Source: Ascidiella aspersa | Taxonomy: Eukaryota | DNA: 64,000 bases | Assembly: GCA_963924565.1 (NCBI GenBank) | Contig: OZ004608.1 | Location: 9,238,001-9,302,000 of the forward strand | Reading direction: 5' to 3' | In this document: positions 63,101-64,000 of the stretch, piece by piece | Layout: each line of letters opens with the position of its first letter | Position numbering within the stretch: position 1 is the stretch's first letter | Notes under the pieces: generated by a model | Database searches by the model: none | The model's input: only the letters and a program-made list of their open reading frames with translations | What the model was told of the DNA's origin: nothing | Program-made: the position numbers and the translations under genes

Positions 63101-63266
63101 ATCGCTGTTGTTGGGCGAATTGAGGCTGACGCGTTGTTGCTGCTGATGCTGCTGCTGTTGTTGGTGCTGGAGTTGCTGGGGCGATTCGTCCAGACGCTCC
63201 AGGCCGGGACTGGGTCGCTTCTTGAACGCCTCGTCTCCCCCGTCGTCCACTGCTAGCTCCTTGACC
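54059..63266 (-). CDS. KIF2: Kinesin-13 family (KIF2A/KIF2C/MCAK-like) gene, 3' part. Exons 63266-63077, 59911-59807, 57875-57731, 54144-54059; the motor domain lies beyond the window end.
   Basis: Spliced: (R)VKELAVDD...SDLALISSLC|ENEMSREMYEVHQTVTSLQEVEEETVECHRNYLQG|LTNAVAASSSLFNMTEDVDFDPEAYVAKVKEQL...|EKLEIFEGSLLEEETLSRNIKNKAGPRN*. This matches the end of the kinesin-13 motor (RVKEL) and the KIF2 C-terminal coiled coil (MTEEVDYD, LQEEE-like tail). Phases are consistent. Confidence 0.85.
55870..56450. repeat. Diverged tandem duplication, unit about 305 bp, in the last KIF2 intron
   Basis: CCGGGGACTTACGTG, TTGTTGTTGTGTTTGGTTCGCGTA, TTTTCTGTTGTT and CCAATCAAGCTAAAATG each occur twice. Confidence 0.85.
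57731..57875 (-). CDS. KIF2: KIF2-like coiled-coil exon
   Basis: gtgcag|LTNAVAASSSLFNMTEDVDFDPEAY...TDLQ G|gtaagg; 145 nt. Confidence 0.85.
57934..58260. mobile_element. hAT-like MITE
   Basis: TIRs CAGTGGCCGGCAAAC / GTTTGCCGACCACTG; TSD ctatagat / ctatacat. Confidence 0.85.
58415..58673. mobile_element. hAT/Charlie-like MITE
   Basis: CAGTGGTTCTCAACC ... GGTCGGGAACCACTG; flanks ttatagcg / aattagcg. Confidence 0.75.
59807..59911 (-). CDS. KIF2: KIF2-like coiled-coil exon
   Basis: cacgcag|ENEMSRE...HRNYLQG|gtaagt; 105 nt. Confidence 0.87.
62540..62660. mobile_element. Fragment of the GACTT-repeat MITE family
   Basis: TTGACTTGACTTGAGTGCACGTAAGTCACT...AATGACTTGACTTGACAT matches 1769-1826. Confidence 0.7.
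63077..63266 (-). CDS. KIF2: KIF2-like exon (end of motor domain plus Q-rich linker)
   Basis: ttttaaaag|G GTC AAG GAG... TGC|gtgagt; 190 nt. Confidence 0.85.
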
Positions 63267-63472
63267 CTTTTAAAAAGAAAAAAATAGGATCGCGGGCGGC
63301 ACCAAGCGGATCGAAGGGCTTCGGTTCGACTGTTTTTTTTGTGTTGTTTGATTTTTAGATATGACTTGGAGATTTGATTGCATAAAATAGGTAGTTAATT
63401 GGGTGCGTTGAGTATAATTGAACGCTTTAGTTAAAATAAGGGTAAGTTCGAATACAACTGTGAAGTCTAGAT

Positions 63473-63771
63473 CAGCGGTTCTCAAACAGTGGGCCATTAG
63501 AACATTTGAGGTGGGCCACAGACCAATTCAATAAAGCTAGATTTAGTTTCATCTGTGTTACTATATTTAATTTTACAGGAATAATGGCTTGGGGAAGAAT
63601 TAAAAAGGAATGTAAATTTATTGTTCAGCCGCAAGTATCTCACTAATGCACGGTTGAATGTGTTTTGTTCTAAACCTATTTTACAGTTTTTTCTTTCATT
63701 AAGATTTATTGGGCCACAGAGTTTTTTGCAACATAAATGGGCAACGAAAGAAAAAAGGTTGAGAACCACTG
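63473..63771. mobile_element. hAT/Charlie-like MITE, intact
   Basis: TIRs CAGCGGTTCTCAA / TTGAGAACCACTG with perfect 8-bp TSD GTCTAGAT. Confidence 0.9.
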
Positions 63772-64000
63772 GTCTAGATTAAGTGTATACAGAGTCCCAA
63801 TACAAGAGTCAATGTGTATATACAACAGTATATATATAGAGTACACTTCAGCACTGATTTTTAATGTTAGTTCTAGCAACCGCAGTCATTCGAATCGTTT
63901 AAAACGATAAACAAAATATTTTACAACATACAACATAAGAAACACCCTTACAACATACAAAGGTAGTTATCACAACGTTTAGAAATGTTTAATGAAATCC

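Noticed and set aside
1-64000. tRNA, rRNA, snRNA, known miRNA or transposase/RT ORFs
   Set aside because: None recognised by eye. tRNAscan-SE, Infernal/Rfam and RepeatMasker would be needed to exclude them formally.

Overview
Eukaryotic (animal) genomic DNA, AT-rich and intron-rich. The style suggests an invertebrate chordate such as a tunicate, but that assignment is inference only. Reading GT-AG junctions by hand gives four protein-coding loci. (1) Two + strand exons (336-1412, 2114-2676) of an unrecognised, disordered protein that is basic then acidic. (2) A complete 11-coding-exon TESK1/2-like (LIMK/TESK family) kinase on the - strand, 38155->7138, about 914 aa. All exon phases are consistent, and it has DLG in place of DFG. 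(3) A single-coding-exon 90-aa + strand microprotein (43887-44159) with a likely N-myristoylation/palmitoylation start (MGSICGK) and a C-terminal PKA regulatory-subunit-binding (AKAP-type) amphipathic helix. This is the most interesting item, and it lies upstream of and opposite to the TESK gene. (4) The last four exons of a kinesin-13 (KIF2-like) gene on the - strand (63266->54059). Introns and intergenic DNA carry many non-autonomous hAT-like MITEs (some with perfect 8-bp target-site duplications), a nested fold-back element, a perfect 36-bp inverted repeat, local tandem duplications and CRE/E-box clusters. I recognised no rRNA, tRNA, CRISPR array or transposase ORF.
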